From NCBI RefSeq assembly GCF_006345805.1, contig NC_043002.1, positions 70,060,001 to 70,124,000 on the forward strand: a stretch of 64,000 nucleotides of DNA. Reading direction: 5' to 3'. Every line of letters starts with the position of its first letter. Within the stretch, counting starts at the first letter, position 1. Positions 1 to 13,580 of this stretch are shown here, piece by piece. Position numbers and translations under genes: made by a program. Source of the stretch: Octopus sinensis. Lineage: Eukaryota. Below the pieces are notes generated by a model. It did not search any database, was not told where the DNA came from, and was given only the letters and a program-made list of their open reading frames with translations.

Positions 1-295
1 TTTGCAAAGACTTTTGTTTGTAGGAAGCACTTGATGCCGGCATTTTCTTTTGAATTAAAAACATGTGAAAAAAGCCCCCCGTTTTTTTTTTCATCCAAAC
101 ATGGACAAAAAAGTTAACAACAGCCTGCTTATCATCCTTCCTTTCCTTTGAATAATCTCGAACAAATTGACGCAGAGAAACGAATCCCAAACTGAATAAG
201 TGATAAAAATGTAATCCAGAAACGAAGGCATTATACAGTAAAATCTCAGAACTACAACAGCAAAACAACAACGTCAATAATAATAATAATAATAA

Positions 296-816
296 ACCAG
301 ACAGTGGCTCTCTGGAAGTGTTATCATGTACATTGTTTTGTCTTGGTTTAAAAGACAGGCTACTGCAAATATTCTGCTCAATACCACAGATTTGCTTGTC
401 AATTGTTTGACCTTAGCCAGTTGAGCATGTCCCTTAGTGACTGACGATATGTGCATCTCTGATCACGAGCAGAAGTAGTGGGGGAGCATCATAGCCATGT
501 GTTGGGAGGGATTCTTTGGGGTTTGAATAATTCACCTCTGGAAACATGGGTGTTTCGTTCAACATACTTAAACAACCCTTATTCAGGGACCTTTTGAGCG
601 GGATGGGTTACTCGACCAGAAGAAAATTCTAACTGGGCCCCACCTGCAAGGTCATGTGCTGTATATCTTGATATGAGATCACCATGTCGCACACACATGG
701 TTGTGATGCATGTGTCTAGTGTACCCTTATCAGACAGGTAATCATGATGGGTATACTGGGCTTCGTATATTTTAACCCAGTGTCACTTTGATGGCATTCC
801 CTGCTCTCTCACTCAA
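296..816 (+). mobile_element. ~550-bp non-coding interspersed element in (TAA)n, 5'-trimmed copy
   Basis: Colinear with 14451-15006, 29962-30486 and 63310-63430 (shared ...gatatgtgcatctctgatcacgagcagaagtagtggggg...); ends ctctctcactcaa then (TAA)n; preceded by (TAA)n; no credible ORF. Confidence 0.85.
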
Positions 817-832
817 TAATAATAATAATAAT

Positions 833-1051
833 ATTGGTTTCAAATTTTTGCACAAGGCTAGCATGTTCGGGGGAAGGAACAAGTCGATTACATCAACCCT
901 AGTGCTCGACTGGTACTTATTTTATCGACTACGAAAGGGAGGAAAGGCAAAGTCGACCTCGGCGGGATTTGAGTTCAGAACGTAAAGAACCTGAAGAATT
1001 ACCGTTAAGCAATTTGTCCAGCAAGTTAACGATTCTGTTAGCTCTCTGTCC
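833..1051 (-). mobile_element. SINE family A (tRNA-like head, gagttcaaattccgccgaggtcgactttgcc core)
   Basis: Reverse complement matches the family consensus seen at 18073, 34941, 46749. Confidence 0.8.
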
Positions 1052-1100
1052 TGTTTATAACAACAACAACAACCACAAAAACAACAACAACAATAATAAA

Positions 1101-1306
1101 AACGGTTTCGAAATTTGGCACAAGGCCAGCAATTTTGGGGGAAAGGGTAAATCGATTAGATCGAACCCAGTGCTCAACTGGTACTTATTTTATCGACTCC
1201 AAAAGGATGGAAGATAAAGTCGACCTCGGCAGGATTTGAACTTAAAATGTAAAGGCAAACGAAATGCCGCTAAGCATTTTGCCCGACATGCTAACGATTC
1301 TGTCAG
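1101..1306 (-). mobile_element. SINE family A
   Basis: Second adjacent copy: aaagtcgacctcggcaggatttgaact...gctaacgattctg. Confidence 0.8.
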
Positions 1307-1674
1307 ATTTTCTTCTTCTCTTCTTTCTTCTTTCTTCTTCTTTTCTTCTTCTTCTTCTTCTTTCTTCCCTTCTCTTCTTCTTCTTCTTCTCTTCTTCTTT
1401 TCTTCTTCTTCTTTTTCTTCTTCTTTCTTCTTCTTTCTTCTTCTCTTCTTCTTCTTCTTCTTCTTCCTCCTTCTCTTCTTCTCTTCTTCTTCTTTTCTCT
1501 TTCTCTTCTTTTCTTCTTCTTCTTTCTTCTTCTTCTTTTCTTCTTCTTTCTTCTTCTTCTTCTTTCTTCTTCTTCTTCTTCTTCTTCTTCTTCTTCTTCT
1601 TCTGCTTCCTCTTCTTCTGCTTCCTTTCTCTTCCTCTTTCTTCCTCTTCTTCTGCTTCCTCTTTCTCTTCCTCT

Positions 1675-1715
<41 letters not shown>

Positions 1716-1825
1716 TTTCTTACTTCCCTCCTCCTCCTCCTCCTCTTCTTCTTCTTCTTCTTCTCACCACCACCACCACCACCACCACCACCACCACCAC
1801 CACCACCACCATCACCACCACCACC

Positions 1826-1905
<80 letters not shown>
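1307..1905. repeat. Compound microsatellite (CTT)n - (CAC)n - (TAC)n
   Basis: Direct reading; explains ORFs 1236..1931, 1264..1908, 1720..1983. Confidence 0.95.
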
Positions 1906-1906
<1 letters not shown>

Positions 1907-2639
1907 GATTTCTTTTTTCTTTTATTTTTAAACAAGAATGATAATAATTTGTTTATATAGCTACAGGATGCTAAAACAAACAAACAAAACCTGGTGTATT
2001 TACGTAACTACCTCTGACACTTTGTCACGGTTCAAACGAAATATAAAAAAAAATAAACGAAACAAGACATAGATAAATAAATGTACAAGACTTTTCAACG
2101 TTAGGAAAATAAAATAAAAAACAGACCAGAAAACGCGCCGCCAAACATATTCCAAGTTTACGAAGACGTTGAGATTTCGAATGACGCATTCCATCCAGGT
2201 TCATCGAGGTCACATGTTGTCTCCATTCTTAGTTTCCTCTCCCTCTTCCTGGTTCCACTCCTCTGCAAGAGCCCACCCCTATGTCTCCACCAGTTTCATT
2301 CATTCCTCGATTAAATTAATGATGATGTTTGGTTTTTTTATCATTGTGTTATTAATTTCTTTATTGTTTAGTTTGTTTTTGTTTATTTCATTCGAATTTT
2401 CTTATCCTCTTCTCTGCTCTATTGTTATGTTTGTTTTATCTTTCTCTCTTTATACTCCACCCCACGCCCACTCCCGCCCTCTCCCCATTTCTGTTTAGTT
2501 TCATTCCTCAAAATGCCATTATGGGTTTCTGTTTCTTAGGACGCTTGTCAATTTCTTACAGTTACAGTTACAGTACTCGGCTCTTTCTCTTCGTTCTTGT
2601 AATGTTTCTCGTAACGTAATTGCAGTTTACGCGTTTTGA

Positions 2640-3160
2640 TCTCGACATCATCATGAACATCGTCATTGTTGTCGTCGTCATCACCGTCATCATCGTCATC
2701 ATCATATTCATTATCATCATCATCATCTTCATCATGATCCTCCTCCTGCTCCTCTTCCTCCCCTTCCTCTTCTTCCTCCTCCTCCTCCTCCTCCCATTCC
2801 TCTCCTCTTCCTCCTCCACCACCACATCCTCCTCCTCTCCTCTTCCTTCACTTCCTTCTTTCCCTCCTCTTCTTCATCCCCCTCCCTTCCCACCTACTCT
2901 TTGTGGTCTTCTTTCTCCTACTCTTTGTCCTTTTCTTTCTCCTCTTCCTCCTCCTCTTCCTCCTGGTCATTATTATCATCGTCATTATCATCATCCCCTT
3001 CCTCCTTCTCCCCTTCCCCCTATCCCTCCTCTTCTTCGCCATCATCGTCGTCATCATCATCATCATTATTTCCTCCTCCTCCTCCTCCTCCTCCTCCTTC
3101 TTCTTCTTCTTCTTCTTCTTCTTTTTCTTCTTCTTCTTCGTCGTCGTCGTCGTTGTTGTC
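2640..3160. repeat. Low-complexity (CAT)/(CCT)/(CTT) tract
   Basis: Direct reading. Confidence 0.9.
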
Positions 3161-4219
3161 GTTGACATTACGTTAAGCTGTATTTCTGAGTTCAAATTCA
3201 ATCTGAGTCAGTCAGTGAAAGAGTGTGTGCGTGTGAGTGTGTGTGTGCGTGCATGTGTGTTTGTGCGTGCATGCGTGCGTGTTTCCATAAAATAATCCTT
3301 AAATCAAGTACTGAAATCGATTTGATTCGGTTTGACGCCCCAACTTATTTTTAGATGAGACATGTAATTATCGATTAAATCGATCCCTATGCAAAATTCA
3401 ATTCATATTTTTGCTAATCCCGAATGGCAGGTGCTTCTTAGTAGTCATTGGACATGCTAGATATAGCAACCAAATAACCATCACATCAAACTCAACCGTT
3501 CTATAAAAAGAAGGACATGTTGGATTAAGGTAGTTCTAAATATACGAAAAGACGGGATTATCATGGCTGGAACGCTTGTGATGATACGTCTACTTAATCA
3601 TTTTCATCTCTTAGTGATGAAGAAAAGGGTACCTCCCGCAACCCTTTATTTTTTCTGGTACTTAGAGACTGGCAGGGGAATAGAAACACGAATGCTTGCA
3701 ACGGAATGAAGTCAGTTAAAGGCAACCTAAATCCAGGTTATGGAGTTAAACAGGATGACGGATTAAAATTTTCTCTCTCCGAACGCCGAATACAAAAATC
3801 CGAAGCAGAGATTGCAATAAGATTGATGCACTAACTCTTCCGCCATTCCATCATTTCGAACTGATGCTCCTGAAAAGATGAAAGACAAACATCATCGTAA
3901 CCTTAGTAGGATTTGAACTCGCAATGCAGAAGGCCGGAATAAATACCACACTCGAAAACCACTGCTAAATCACCGCTTTGGAACCAACAAGCTGTAATTA
4001 CAGTTCCGGAAGGATGTAAGACAAAATCGAAATTCTCCTCTAGGACATTTGAACTCAAATAATGAAAATACGCCGTCCAATGTAAAAGTATCATTGGCCA
4101 CTCGCTTTTACTTGTTTCCTTACTTTTATACTCTATATTTCTATAAGATGGACAACAGTTCGAAACGCTGAACTTTTCTGTTTCTTCTTTTATAGTGTAA
4201 AACTAATTACTTCGTACTG

Positions 4220-5390
4220 CCGTCTCTTTCTCCAACCCCCTCCTCCTCCCTACCTTCTTCCTCCCTACCTACCTTCCTCCTCCCTCTCTTCCTCATCCAC
4301 TTCCCTGTCGTCCTCCTTCTTCTCTTCCTCATCCACTTCCTCGTCCTCCCCCTCTCTGACTCTCCTCCGTCTCTTCCTCTTTCTCCTCCTTCCTCTCTTC
4401 CTCTTCCACCTCCTCCGTCTCTTTCTCCTCCCCTCCTCTCCCCCTCCCTCCCTTCCTCCTCCCTCTCTTCCTCCTCCACTTCCCCGTCGTCCTCCTCCTT
4501 CCTCTCTTCCTCATCCACTTCCTCATTCTCCCCCTCTCTTCCCCCTCCCTCTCTCTTCCTCCCCTCCCTCTCTCTTCCTCCCCTCCCTCTCTCTTCCTCC
4601 CCTCCCTCTCTTCCTCCCCTCCCTCTCTTCCTCCTCCTTCTCAACCTGTTTATCTCCCCTCCAACTCCATGTATTTACCCCCCCTTCTTCCATCTCTTCT
4701 TCCTCCGCCTCATCATCATCATAATTATCATTATTACCACCCCCATCAACAGCAGCAGCAGCAGCAACAGCAGCAACAATAAATCAACCATGCTGCTGCG
4801 GTTGATGTTGCTGGTTTATAGGAATAATGAGCGAAAACATCAGTAAATAACACCATCACTACCTCCTTCCCATCCTCTTCCTGAGCAAAAATAACAAAAA
4901 TAACAAATTTCGTCACTACCACTAACAAAAACATCAGGTGAATCACTGTAACCGTCACCATCAGCACCGTCAGCACAATCACCACCACCACCACCACCAC
5001 AACCACCATCATTTCCAGCCTCCACCCCAACGACGCCTAGAAAAACTAACAAAAACAATAATATACCTTAAAATATTAGGCGATGTATATTATAGAGCAT
5101 AATGATAATTATGACAGCGACGACGACGACGGTAACCACGGTGACGGCGACGACGGGAACGACGACGATGACGATGAAGATGAGGCAGATGATGATGAAG
5201 ACGACGACGGCGACGATAATGTCGACGATGATAACGAAGAAAATACTGCGTTCTTTATTTTATCCTTTATTTGTAATTATGATTGATGACCGTGATTCTA
5301 GTTGCTGTATACAGTAGCAACAACTGTAGTAGTAGTAGTAGAAGTGTTAGTAGTAGTAGTAATAGTAGTAGTAGTAGTAGCAGCAGCAGC
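4220..5390. repeat. CT-rich polypyrimidine tract followed by (CAG/CAA), (CAC), (GAC/GAT), (TAG) repeats
   Basis: Direct reading. Confidence 0.85.
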
Positions 5391-5539
5391 ATGAATAGAA
5401 TCAGTAAATTCCTAAACAAATGAATATATAACTTTGTACAAATTAAGGAATTCAACAACAAAAAAAAATAATAATTCTTGGTAGCAGCACTCTCACCATA
5501 CGTCATTATTTCCTTTCCATCGGAGATGATGATGATGAT

Positions 5540-5583
<44 letters not shown>

Positions 5584-5597
5584 ATCATAATAATAAT

Positions 5598-5772
5598 AAA
5601 CACATATAACATACAGAAAATTGCACTACTAGGCACTGCACACATCCTACGCAAAACACTTTCCATACAATAACCATCAGAGCATCACAACAAATCACAG
5701 CACATACCCAAGGCACACAGAGCTGCGCTCGGTAGTGAAGTGAAAGCACGCTATAAAAATAAAACCACTGAA
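5598..5772 (+). mobile_element. R4/Dong-clade LINE, 3' end only
   Basis: Encodes ...IQKIALLGTAHIL...; same 3'UTR as the copies at 13581, 14072, 15101, ending aaaataaaaccactgaa; flanked by (TAA)n. Confidence 0.85.
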
Positions 5773-5798
5773 TATTAATAATAATAATAGTAATAGTA

Positions 5799-5867
<69 letters not shown>

Positions 5868-5869
<2 letters not shown>

Positions 5870-6082
5870 CCTTTCTGCTAAAGGCACAAGGCCTGAAATT
5901 TTGGTGGTGGTGCGGATAAGTCAATTATATCGACCCCAGTGTATCACTGGTAAATAATTTACCAACACCGAAAGGATGAAAGGCAAAGCCGACCTCAGCG
6001 GAATTTGAACTCAGAACGTAGCGACGGTCGAAATACCGCTAAACATTTCGTCCAGCGTGCTAATGATTCTGCCTGCTTACCG
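5868..6082 (-). mobile_element. SINE family A
   Basis: aaaggcaaagccgacctcagcggaatttgaactcagaacgt is the reverse complement of the family core. Confidence 0.8.
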
Positions 6083-6099
6083 GTTTACAACGACCGAAC

Positions 6100-6820
6100 A
6101 ACACATTCAGGTTCCAACCACGGATTTCTCCTAAGAAGCCTATCTAGGCCGACCATACAGATCACAAATTTGTTGTCTATGTAGCCGAACACCTTGAATT
6201 ATGGACGACCAGCGCTACTCCTATCTACTATCTTACAGAATATCCCATCTCTTTGGATGTCCCGATGCGTTGGACATTGGCATATTTGGGAAATCCTGGT
6301 TACCTGTTAGACAGATGGAAACGCATGGGCAAGCTTGAGAGGCTTTGTTATCCCCTCTCTCCTATTATCTAATCCCACACAACTGACGCGTGCATCCGAG
6401 ATGATGGTCCAATTACCTACTTGTACTCAAGTGGGAAATCTTCAGACGTGCAAAGAAATCTGGTCGTTCCGCCTCTGTTGGGACATAGACAACCACTGTT
6501 CTAAAGCATTGCGTTCGCTGCAGATTACGTACAATACCATCAATTCATCTGTGTCCATGAAGATGGTCCGTATCTTGAGGTCCAGCCCTTTCCCAAAGGA
6601 TACAACGATTCTGCCTCCCGATTCCAACCAACCTGTAGATGCGTACACCACATAACGCTGTAAGTGAGCCGAAGGCTCGTATTTGGAAATTTTGGTCTCG
6701 TCGATGGTCACCGTACCTATATTTAGTGACTTAAGGTAGCTGAATTGGTTGTCCTGCATCCAAAGCGACCCCAGGCAACGTGCGTTCACATTGACTATTC
6801 TGAATATTCTAAGGCGATGT
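6100..6820 (-). pseudogene. Apurinic-type endonuclease domain of a decayed L1/Tx1-like LINE ORF2
   Basis: Minus-strand translation IVNVNARCLG...YLKSLNIGTVTIDET (N-x-x-G...QET-like), GGRIVVSFGKGLDLKIRTIF, later GYIDNKFVIC (SDH-like) and GWNLNV (W-x-LN); frameshifts and stops. Confidence 0.7.
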
Positions 6821-6829
6821 TAGTTAAAA

Positions 6830-9200
6830 GGGAAGAAGGTGAGAAAAAGCTCCTTACCTGATTCCTGTGGAAAGACAAGTTTTCCGTTCGTCCGGCTAAA
6901 TGTGGATGTTTCCATGAGAAAATCTTTGCAGATTTCCTTAATATTCCCTTTGAAATCTCGGGATATTTGTGATTTACAAAGTGATATGCGTTTAGTGCTG
7001 TTTGATGACTTTTTATGTGCTGGTATGTAGTTTTTGGTGTGTAGTAGTCATTGTGTCTAATGCTTGTATGCTGATGTTTTTTTGTGACTTATGTTTGTGG
7101 CTGTGAAGTTAATGATTTTTTTGTTCATCTTGCTGGAGCTATTTTGGCCGTGAAAATGGGTGTGAACTGAGTTGAACTTGTATTTCCAGTGTCGGTGGAG
7201 TATGTGGTAGTGGTGATGATGATGACAGTGTTGTAAGAATTGATGTTGTTGTTGGTGGTGATGTATCATTGTTTAAATGCATTTCTCCCGTTCTTCCTAT
7301 TGTTGGTAATCTTTGATCGCGATGCTTCTTCATTTTGTTGTAGTTGCTTTCATTGTTGGTGCTGTTGCATTTGTTGTTGCAGGTGCTGTTTTCATTCTTG
7401 TAGCAGGTGCCACAAACACTGTTACTGCAGCCACTGTTTGTGCAGTTACATGCTGTTGTTGATAGTTTTGTAGCTGCTGATTTCTTCTTCTTCTTCTTCT
7501 TCTTCTTCTTCTTCTTCTTCTTCTTCTTCTTCTTCTTCTTCTTCTTCTTCTTCTTCTTCTTCTTCTCTTCTTCTTCTCTTCTCTTCTCTTCTTCTTCTTC
7601 TTCTCTTCTTCTTCCAATCAGGACTCACGCCATTAGCCACAAAGAATAATTTCTAATTCGAGCCTACTCTAAGCTACTAAGAATGCGTGTGGCAACTTCA
7701 AGATCCACCCACCACACGCGATGGACTGGCGGTTGCACGGGCGCGAAAGCTACGGTGTTATCCTCATTCTGTAAACGGTGGCTTTTAACGGGTGGAGAGC
7801 TGAACCTTCCTGGGGTACAGAGGATTCGCAATCTAGACTAGGGTCTGAAAGTTTACCACACCATAATGGGTTATACTATGGTTCCTCTGCTATGTGACAG
7901 AAGTAGGAAGAAAGAGTGAGAGAAAGTTGTGGTGAGAGAGTACAGCAGGGTTCCCCCCTCCCTACCGAAGCCTCGTGGAGCTTCGGTGTTTTTGCTCAAT
8001 AAACACTCACAATGCCCGGTCTGGGAATCGAAACCGCGCTCTTACGACCGCGAGTCCGCTGCCCTAACTACTGGGCCATTGCGCCTCCACAGCCGCTGCT
8101 GTTGTTGTCAGCAGGGGAAGCATTCTTTCAGCAGTCCCTGTTCGTTCTTGTTGGAGAGAGAAGGGTTAGAGGTGATCGGTGCTGCTACAGTTGTGGTCTT
8201 CTACCTTACAGTGCTAGCTGAAGATTCTGTTCTCCTGGTATTTCTATTAAGTCGTTGATCTGCTCTGGTGTCTCAAATTTCACGTGAATCAGAATTTTCA
8301 ACTGTGTCCCAACCCAATTTTCTTTTATGTCTCGCACCGCGTTGGACTCTTCCAACACAATACATTTCAATACCCACCAGAAGCTTAATTCTGGTGGTGT
8401 TTCTGAAAATTTTATCCTGATCACTCCCAGTTCTAAATAAATAAATTGATAACAGTGTAAATTCCTCGCTTCTATGTATGACTATGGAGTGTTTCACGGT
8501 CAGGATAGTCTAATGAAAATTTACTTGCAAGTAACCATAAATGTTGGCATGAATGATAACATCTATGGTTTTTAAGTATAATTCAGCTTATTCTGGAAAT
8601 ATTCGTTTCAGTGTATGCCTTTTTTAACGATTTATATCTGTATATTATTGTTCTTGTATCTGTTTGCTCCAGGAACTTCAGTGATTGTATCCTTTTTATC
8701 GTGTCTGTTGATTCTTTTAGCTGCTTGTTCCAAGAACTAACGTTGCTTGTCTAATGGGACCGAATCCAACGGTTTTGAAGCACCAGCAAATGAGCTACAT
8801 TTTGCCATGCATTCACTGCTGTGGCAGGTGGGGGTGGCAGTGGCTCCATTTCTTCTACTACACTTTGTTGTTTAACAGGGTGGCAGCAGCAGTTTTGATT
8901 TTCTTTCACTAGCTGGTAATTCTGTTGACTATGGAAACAGGTTTACCGTGGGGTGGTGAAGCATTTCTAGAATACTTTTATAGGGAATCTATGAAACCCA
9001 CCGATGTTTTGTGGGGTATTATTATTTCAGAAGATTAATCTGTGACTCAGTCTGTACTAGCACTTCATCCGTGTCGGTAGTGGTGATAGCATGGTTGTAG
9101 CAGTAATTATTGGTGGGATAAGAGAATTTTGGCATTGATAGAGGCTGTAGTGGGGGCAGCGGCGAAGATGACATAGAAAATGAAACGAAAACTTGAATGG
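6830..9200 (-). mobile_element. ORF1 region of the same L1/Tx1-like element, degraded and interrupted
   Basis: Minus strand GVIRIKFSETPPELSFWWVLKCIV...LQLAL*GRRPQ precedes a decayed zinc-knuckle position; lies directly upstream of the endonuclease; interrupted by (CTT)n 7480-7612 and a SINE; 5' boundary uncertain. Confidence 0.45.
7896..8090 (-). mobile_element. SINE family C (tRNA-like head gtggaggcgcaatggcccagtggttaggg)
   Basis: Reverse complement of the head seen at 21431, 53645, 55268. Confidence 0.8.
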
Positions 9201-9240
9201 AAAAGAACAAAAGAAATCACTACATGGATCTTCAACAGTG

Positions 9241-12140
9241 AATAATAATGATGATAATGATGATGGTGATGATGATTATGATGATGATGTGATAATGAGA
9301 ATGATGATGATAAAGATGACGATGATAAGGATAATCTTTATTAACAACTATAATAATAATATTAATAAGCACGATAACAACAACAACAACAATAATAATA
9401 ATAATAATAATAACTGACACAAAGCATTATAAACAAGTAATAAACTAACAGTACATTATCAATAAAATGAATAAATAAAATAAACAGTGCCAAGTAAACA
9501 ATAGATAAACAACAAGACAAACAAAAACAATCAAGAGACAAATAAGTAAATGAAAAAAAAAACTAAACAAACAAACGGACAAACAATAGATAAACAATAG
9601 GCAAACAATAAAATAAACAAAAAGCAAAGAGCAGAGTAAAAATAAAAGAAAGGATAAGAATGAACAAAAAGCAAAGAAGAGATAAAACTAAAAGGAAATA
9701 AATATAAAATGGTAAAGATTAAATAAAAGAAAGCAAAAGAAGATGAGAAAGATCTGGAAAGAGTAAAGGAAGGATATAAAGAAAAAAATAAACAAACAAG
9801 AAAATAATAAACTATGGAGAAACAATAAAATTGCAATTCAATAATACAAGAGTAACAACAACAACGACAGCAGAACAACGGTAATGGCAACAGCAACAAT
9901 AACAATGTGAAGCAATAACAACAACAATAACAACAACAACAACAACAGCAACAACAATCTGAAACAATAACAACAACAAATGTAACAAAAATAACAACAG
10001 CAACAGCAAATGCTGAAACAACAACAACAAATACAGCAACTGTAACAACAACAACAACAAATACAGCAACTGTAATAACAACAACAACAATAACAATAAC
10101 GACGACAACAACAATAACAACAGCAACAGCAACAACAACAACCTGAAGTAACAACAACAAACACGGCAACTGTAACAACAACAACAATAACAACAGCGAC
10201 GACAACAACAACAAGTGTAACAACAAGAACGAGATGAACTGAAACATCAAGAGCAACAATGACAACAGCAGCAGCAGCAACAACAACAACAATACTAACA
10301 ACATCAGCAGAAACAACGATAACAGCAGCAGCAATTGCGACAACAAGAACAACAACGAGAAGAACAGTAACAACATCAAGAGCAACAATGACAACAGAAG
10401 CAGCAGCAACAACTGCAGCACTCAGCACCACCATCACCACCATCCACCACCACCACCACCACCACCACCACCACCACCACCACCACCACCACCACCACCA
10501 CCAGCACCACCACCACTACCACCACCACCAACCACCCACCATCACTCACCACCACCACCACCACCACCACTACGACCACCACCACTACCACCAGCACCGC
10601 CACCACAACCAACACCACGACGACTACCACCAGCACCACTACCATCAGCACCACCACCACCACTACCAGCACCACAACGACTACCACCAGCACCACTACC
10701 ACCACCACCACGACTACCACCACCACCACAACCACCACCACTACCACCACCACCACCACCACCACCACCACCACCACCACCACCCCACCTCCACCACCCA
10801 CACAACAGTAGACAAACAATCGACTTTGCCGTTTCATTAAAAACTGCATAAATCATCTTTGTTTTTTTTATTACATTTTTATTTCTGAAAGGTGGTTGGT
10901 GAATACGGACAGGAAATTAAAACAACAGTTATCCACAATGATTGTGGCGGTGGTAATGATGCTGGTGTATGTTTTAGTGGTGTTGCTGGTGGTGGCGATT
11001 GGTATTGGCGGCCGTAGTTGTATTGGCGGCGGTGGTGTTACCGGTGACGGTGGTATTGATGTTAGTGTTTGTGGTGTTGGTGGCGTTGGCGGTGGTAATA
11101 GTATTGCTGTAAGTGTTGTTGATGAATAGTGATGGTGGCGGTGAGGTTATGAATGCGTGGTGGGGTAACCGGGTGTGTATGTGTGTGTGTGAATGATGAA
11201 GGTCAGGATTTCTGTTTATTGTTGGTGGAGGTGAAATTGGCAGACATTGTTCGGTGGTTTTGTGGTGTCGGTGGTGGTGTTTGTGGTGGTTGTAGTGTTA
11301 TTCGAAGAGTTGGTAATAGTTGCTGTGCTGTTAACATTGGTGGTTGTGGTGGTGATGCAGGAAGGTGTAGTGATGAAAATGGTGGTGATACTAGTAACGG
11401 TAGTGGTAGCAATCAAAGTGTTGGTAGTATTAGCAGTGTCGGTGTTAGTGGATATGGTAGTTGTGATAGCGGTGGTGGTGGTGGTATGGTAGTAGTGGTA
11501 GTAGTGGTGGAGGTGGTAACCATGCTGGATTTTCGTTGTTGGTGGTAGTGATGGTTGTTTTTGCTGTTGGTGGTGGCTGCTGGTGGTGGTATTGGTTGTT
11601 GGTGATGGGGGCTGTTGGTGGTGGGGGCTGTTGGTGGTGGGGGCTGTTGGTGGTGGGAGCTGTTATTGGTGGTGGTAGTGGCTGTTGGTGGTGGATGCTG
11701 TTGGTGGTGGTGGCTGTTGGTGGTGGTGGCTGTTGGTGGTGGTAGCTGTTGGTGGTGTTGGAGGTATTGGTGGTGGTGGCTATTGTTGGTGGTGATAGTG
11801 GCTGTTAGTGGTGCTGGTAGCTGTTAGTGGTAGTGGTGGCGGTGGCTGTTTGTTGGTAGTGGTGGTAGTGTTAATTGTAATAGTAGTCGTAGAAAAAATG
11901 GTAGCTGTGTCGATGTCGGTGGTAGTATTGATGCTGTCCATGGTGAATGTGTGGTAATGATAGAGGAAAGGGTAGAGGAGGTAGTAGATGTATTTGTGTT
12001 TCCGTTGGTGCCAGTAATGGTGGTGGAGGAGGTGGTTATGGTAGTGGTCACAGTAGTTTTAGTAGTTGCAGAGGAGGTGGTAATTAGGGTCGTGTTGGTG
12101 ATGGTAGTGTTGATATTAGGGAAGATAATGCGTCGGGTAC
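9241..12140. repeat. ~2.9-kb low-complexity block: (AAT/GAT), (AAAC), (AAC/CAG), (CAC), then (GGT/GTT)
   Basis: Direct reading; source of the poly-L/V/H/G ORFs. Confidence 0.9.
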
Positions 12141-12302
12141 GTGGTTTAGTGGTTAGGGATAACGTCGTAACATCGTTATCTCTAACGTAACGTCGTGAGT
12201 TCAATTACCGGCGGGGCATGGTACCCTTAAGTAAGACAATTTATTTCACATTTCTCCAGTTCATTCAACTGGCAAATTGAATTATAATTCGAGAGTATAT
12301 TT

Positions 12303-12492
12303 GATTGTTTCAGTCCTTGGACTACGGCCATGCTGGGTACCACCTTCATTTTTGATTTAATCGAACAACTCAACTCCAGCACATACGAATTTTTCTTCTA
12401 AAATTTTGGTACTTATTCTATCAGTGCCTTTTGCTAAGTTACGGGGACGTAAAGTAACCAACATCGGTTGTCAAGTGGTGTTGAGGGACAAG
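12303..12492 (-). mobile_element. SINE family B, 3' half only
   Basis: actacggccatgctggg and gctaagttacggggacgtaa match the family B 3' module. Confidence 0.65.
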
Positions 12493-12704
12493 CGCACGCA
12501 CGCGCACACACATACACACAGAGGCTCACATACAGGTCATTTAATGCACTCAATGTAAAAACACGAACTACTAACAGTTTCATACTTAGAAACGTGGGTC
12601 CCTCTGAACATTAGGCAATATTTTTCTCTCACTGGATGGATTATTTTTAGTTGATCCTACCTTAACGGAATAGTAAACTATACATACAGACATGTACATA
12701 CGTA

Positions 12705-12762
12705 CATACATACATACATACATACATACATACATACATACATACATACATACATACATACA

Positions 12763-12792
<30 letters not shown>
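12705..12792. repeat. (TACA)n microsatellite
   Basis: Direct reading. Confidence 0.95.
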
Positions 12793-12793
<1 letters not shown>

Positions 12794-12809
12794 GATAGTA
12801 ACATTGATC

Positions 12810-13025
12810 ATCAAAGCAGTCTATCATAGACCAATAGCCGGGTTATTACCTCCCACTTTGAAGAGTATGCGTTTGCAATCCAGGTACAAGAAATATCAAC
12901 CAAATACTTGATGAACAAAGGAGACAGAGATGCAGGAAAAACAGTAAAATTTGACAACCGATGCAGACTTTGTGGAGTTAACACCGATAGTGTCACACAC
13001 ATCATAAGCAGTTGTCCGAAATTGT
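12810..13025 (+). pseudogene. R4/Dong-type ORF fragment (CCHC zinc-knuckle region)
   Basis: Translation FEEYAFAIQVQEISTKYLMNKG...DNRCRLCGVNTDSVTHIISSC. Confidence 0.7.
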
Positions 13026-13251
13026 ATAACGAGATCCATTATAGGATAACCTCAAGGACAAAGAAATAAGAACCCACAGTATGGTGAAAGCCATAACCAC
13101 TCATAATAAAAAGGAGTACTGGTTGAATGTCCCAGTGATTAACTTTAATAAAATGTAAACACAGTAGACCTGATATAATAATTTGGGATACAGTGTTCTA
13201 CTGGTACTTATTTTATCGTTCCCGAAAGGGATGAAGGGAAAAGTCGACGTA

Positions 13252-13254
<3 letters not shown>

Positions 13255-13307
<53 letters not shown>

Positions 13308-13319
13308 TAATAATGATAA

Positions 13320-13351
<32 letters not shown>

Positions 13352-13378
13352 CTGATGATAGTAATAATAATAATAATA

Positions 13379-13416
<38 letters not shown>

Positions 13417-13506
13417 AATAATGATGATGATGATGATGATGATGATGATAATAATGATGATGATGATGATGATGATGATAATAATAATTATGATGATATG
13501 ATGATG

Positions 13507-13561
<55 letters not shown>

Positions 13562-13580
13562 TAATAATAATAATAATAAT
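13255..13580. repeat. (TAA)n/(GAT)n compound microsatellite
   Basis: Direct reading. Confidence 0.95.

Noticed and set aside
1236-1983. Long ORFs with poly-S/F/L/H/Y
   Set aside because: Stop-free reading of (CTT)n, (CAC)n and (TAC)n microsatellites; the same applies to ORFs at 2.6-3.2, 9.5-12.2, 13.2-13.7 and 27.3-29.8 kb.
5083-5286. Acidic D-rich ORF
   Set aside because: (GAC/GAT)n tract with no non-repetitive coding context or splice support.
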